A DNA stretch of 48,100 nt from Candidatus Niyogibacteria bacterium (GTDB taxonomy: Bacteria; Patescibacteriota; Minisyncoccia; JACROR01). Below, in pieces: positions 46,341 through 48,100 of this stretch. Each line of letters begins with the position of its first letter. The first letter of the stretch is position 1. The notes beneath the pieces were generated by a model. It worked only from the letters and a program-made list of their open reading frames with translations, made no database searches and was not told the DNA's origin. The DNA lies in assembly GCA_016214345.1 (NCBI GenBank), contig JACROR010000011.1:1-48100 (forward strand), in the 5' to 3' direction. The translations under genes and the position numbers were made by a program.

Positions 46341-47714
46341 TTATTTTAATTCCACAGAATCTTTATATCGAGGCGCTATAGCTTCAATGCCCAAATAATC
46401 TTTTACTTTTTGCGCCATGAACAACAGCGATTTCGGTTCGCCCTGCACCAGTAAAATTTTCTTCAGAGTGTCCACGCTCCTTTCCGCGAAACGAAATAAA
46501 GCCGCGCTATCCGGATGCGCGGAATATCCGCTAATGGCCACTATTTTGGCGCGCGCAGGAATCTCTTCGCCGAAAATAGTAACGGTTTTCGCGCCGTCTT
46601 GAATGTGGCGACCGAGCGTTCCCGCCGCCTGATAACCTATCAAAAGCAGCGTGCTTTTGGGATCGGAAAGATAGCGGCGCTCATGATGCAAGATTCTGCC
46701 TCCGGTTGACATGCCGGATCCCGCTATCACTATTTTAGGCGGCAGAACTTCATTGATGGATTTGGATTCCTCGGTGGTCAAAGTAAAACGAAGTCCGGGA
46801 AACTTAAAAATATCATCACCGGACGAAATCAAATACGCAGCCTCTTTATTGAAGTAATCTTCGTGCTTCTTATACACTTCAGTCGCATGAATGGCCAAAG
46901 GACTGTCCACAAAAACCGGAACTTGCGGTATCCGGCCATGTTCCACTAAATTATTCAATTCAAATAACAGCTCCTGCGTGCGTTCCAAAGAAAACGCCGG
47001 AATCATGAGTGTCCCGCCGGCCTTCATCGCGTCTTCTATGGCGCGCTCTAATTTTAATTTCCGTTCTTCTTGGGTTTCATGCAAGCGATCTCCGTAAAGC
47101 GCCTCCATCACCAAATAATCCGCGTCCCGCACTTCATAAGTAGGACGTAAAAGCGGCGTAGGCGAATTGCCCAAATCTCCCGTCACATATATTTTCTTGC
47201 CGTTGACCTGTATTTCAAAGATGGCGGATCCCAATATATGCCCGGAATCCCGCAAAATTATTTTAAAATCGCTTACCGCCACCGCCTCCCCGTAACGCCG
47301 CGTTTCCCAAATTTTTAACGCGCGCGCCAGATCCTCTTGGCTGTATAAAAACTTTTTTCCTCCCGCTTCGCCATTATCATTGCCGCGTTTCGCCTCTTTT
47401 TCCATGATGTTCAAAGAATCTTTCAAATTAAGCTCCGCCAGATCCTTGGTAGGCGGCGTGGAATATATTTTTCCCCGAAAACCGTCTTTAACCAATTTAG
47501 GAATAAGCCCCACATGATCCAAATGGGCATGCGTTATGAAAAGCGCGCTTACTGACGCGGGGTCAAAAAGAAACGGTTCTTCATTCCGTTTGGCGCATTC
47601 TCCGGCGCATTGGAACAGTCCGCAATCCACGAGAATTTTAGCGGTATCGGATTCAAACAAAAAACAACTGCCCGTGACTTCTTGCGCCCCTCCGTAAAAT
47701 GTAAGTTTAACCAT
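46341..47714 (-). CDS. MBL-fold beta-CASP ribonuclease
   Basis: GGAQEVTGSC, THAHLDHVG, GHILGSA, PAFSLERTQE, AGSGMSTGGRILHH, YSAH. Confidence 0.95.
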   Translation of the reverse strand: MVKLTFYGGAQEVTGSCFLFESDTAKILVDCGLFQCAGECAKRNEEPFLFDPASVSALFITHAHLDHVGLIPKLVKDGFRGKIYSTPPTKDLAELNLKDSLNIMEKEAKRGNDNGEAGGKKFLYSQEDLARALKIWETRRYGEAVAVSDFKIILRDSGHILGSAIFEIQVNGKKIYVTGDLGNSPTPLLRPTYEVRDADYLVMEALYGDRLHETQEERKLKLERAIEDAMKAGGTLMIPAFSLERTQELLFELNNLVEHGRIPQVPVFVDSPLAIHATEVYKKHEDYFNKEAAYLISSGDDIFKFPGLRFTLTTEESKSINEVLPPKIVIAGSGMSTGGRILHHERRYLSDPKSTLLLIGYQAAGTLGRHIQDGAKTVTIFGEEIPARAKIVAISGYSAHPDSAALFRFAERSVDTLKKILLVQGEPKSLLFMAQKVKDYLGIEAIAPRYKDSVELK

Positions 47715-47776
47715 ATAAATATTATAGCAAATAACTGCGCTACTCGTGAATTAAATCCAATTGCCATAATTATTTT

Positions 47777-47799
47777 ATACATAGGTGCCACCTATGTAT
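47777..47799. repeat. REP-like palindrome, copy of 35271-35291
   Basis: ATACATAGGTGCCACCTATGTAT. Confidence 0.85.
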
Positions 47800-47804
47800 T
47801 TTAC

Positions 47805-48016
47805 ATTGCAAAACTCCGTTAAGTGCGGAGAAATTGATTTTTTCAGCAATCAAGGGGGTTTCTATTTGGGTCGCGCTCGCGACCTTTCTAAAATAGGGGG
47901 GTTGTAAATGCTCCCCCTTGCTTGATGAAAAGATTGATTTTGGAGCACTAAAGTACTGCGTTTAGCAACCAATCGCTTCGCTCTTGGACAAAACGGGAGC
48001 GTAGGAGTTTTGCAAT
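47805..48016. repeat. Composite hairpin element bounded by a 13-bp inverted repeat
   Basis: ATTGCAAAACTCC (47805-17) / GGAGTTTTGCAAT (48004-16); internal rod 47822-47949 and the 48-nt module shared with 8633-8680. Confidence 0.65.
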
Positions 48017-48100
48017 TCAAAGTATGTATTTTATTTCAGCCGAAATTAATGCCTTTTCCGCTAATGCTGCCAATTCTTCGCCAATCAAACCTTCCACTTT
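48017..48100 (-). CDS. 3' end of an unidentified CDS entering from beyond the window
   Basis: Open frame KVEGLIGEELAALAEKALISAEIKYIL*. Confidence 0.4.
   Translation of the reverse strand, partial: KVEGLIGEELAALAEKALISAEIKYIL

Noticed and set aside
1-48100. CRISPR array or cas genes
   Set aside because: No regularly spaced direct repeats with unique spacers and no Cas-like ORF; the repeats seen are dispersed palindromes.

Overview
Bacterial chromosomal window, genetic code 11 (TGA is used as a stop). It is most likely Patescibacteria/CPR (Parcubacteria-like); this is an inference from gene content and promoter style. It holds mainly housekeeping genes: dprA-topA-rel, a frameshifted parB, tsaC, glmS, five aminoacyl-tRNA synthetases (leuS, metG, glyQS, ileS, argS), recO, smpB-ssrA, infC-rpmI-rplT, polX, a small sugar-utilisation cluster and a beta-CASP RNase. 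The unusual content is non-coding. (1) A complete tRNA-Arg(CCG) is nested inside the T-loop of a second tRNA-Arg(CCG), bracketed by CCCCACACTAAT/ATTAGTGTGGGG inverted repeats. (2) The same repeat, extended to 22 bp, brackets a small GIY-YIG nuclease gene and supplies the 5' end of tmRNA. Related CCCCTCACC repeats occur empty or around other cargo. (3) A RAYT-type HUH transposase is flanked by REP-like palindromes. (4) Several dispersed hairpin and heptamer repeat families are present, some inserted in-frame in essential genes and one apparently nested in a copy of itself. (5) A ~200-nt rod with a central bubble resembles 6S RNA. All calls are by eye; no database searches or folding programs were run.
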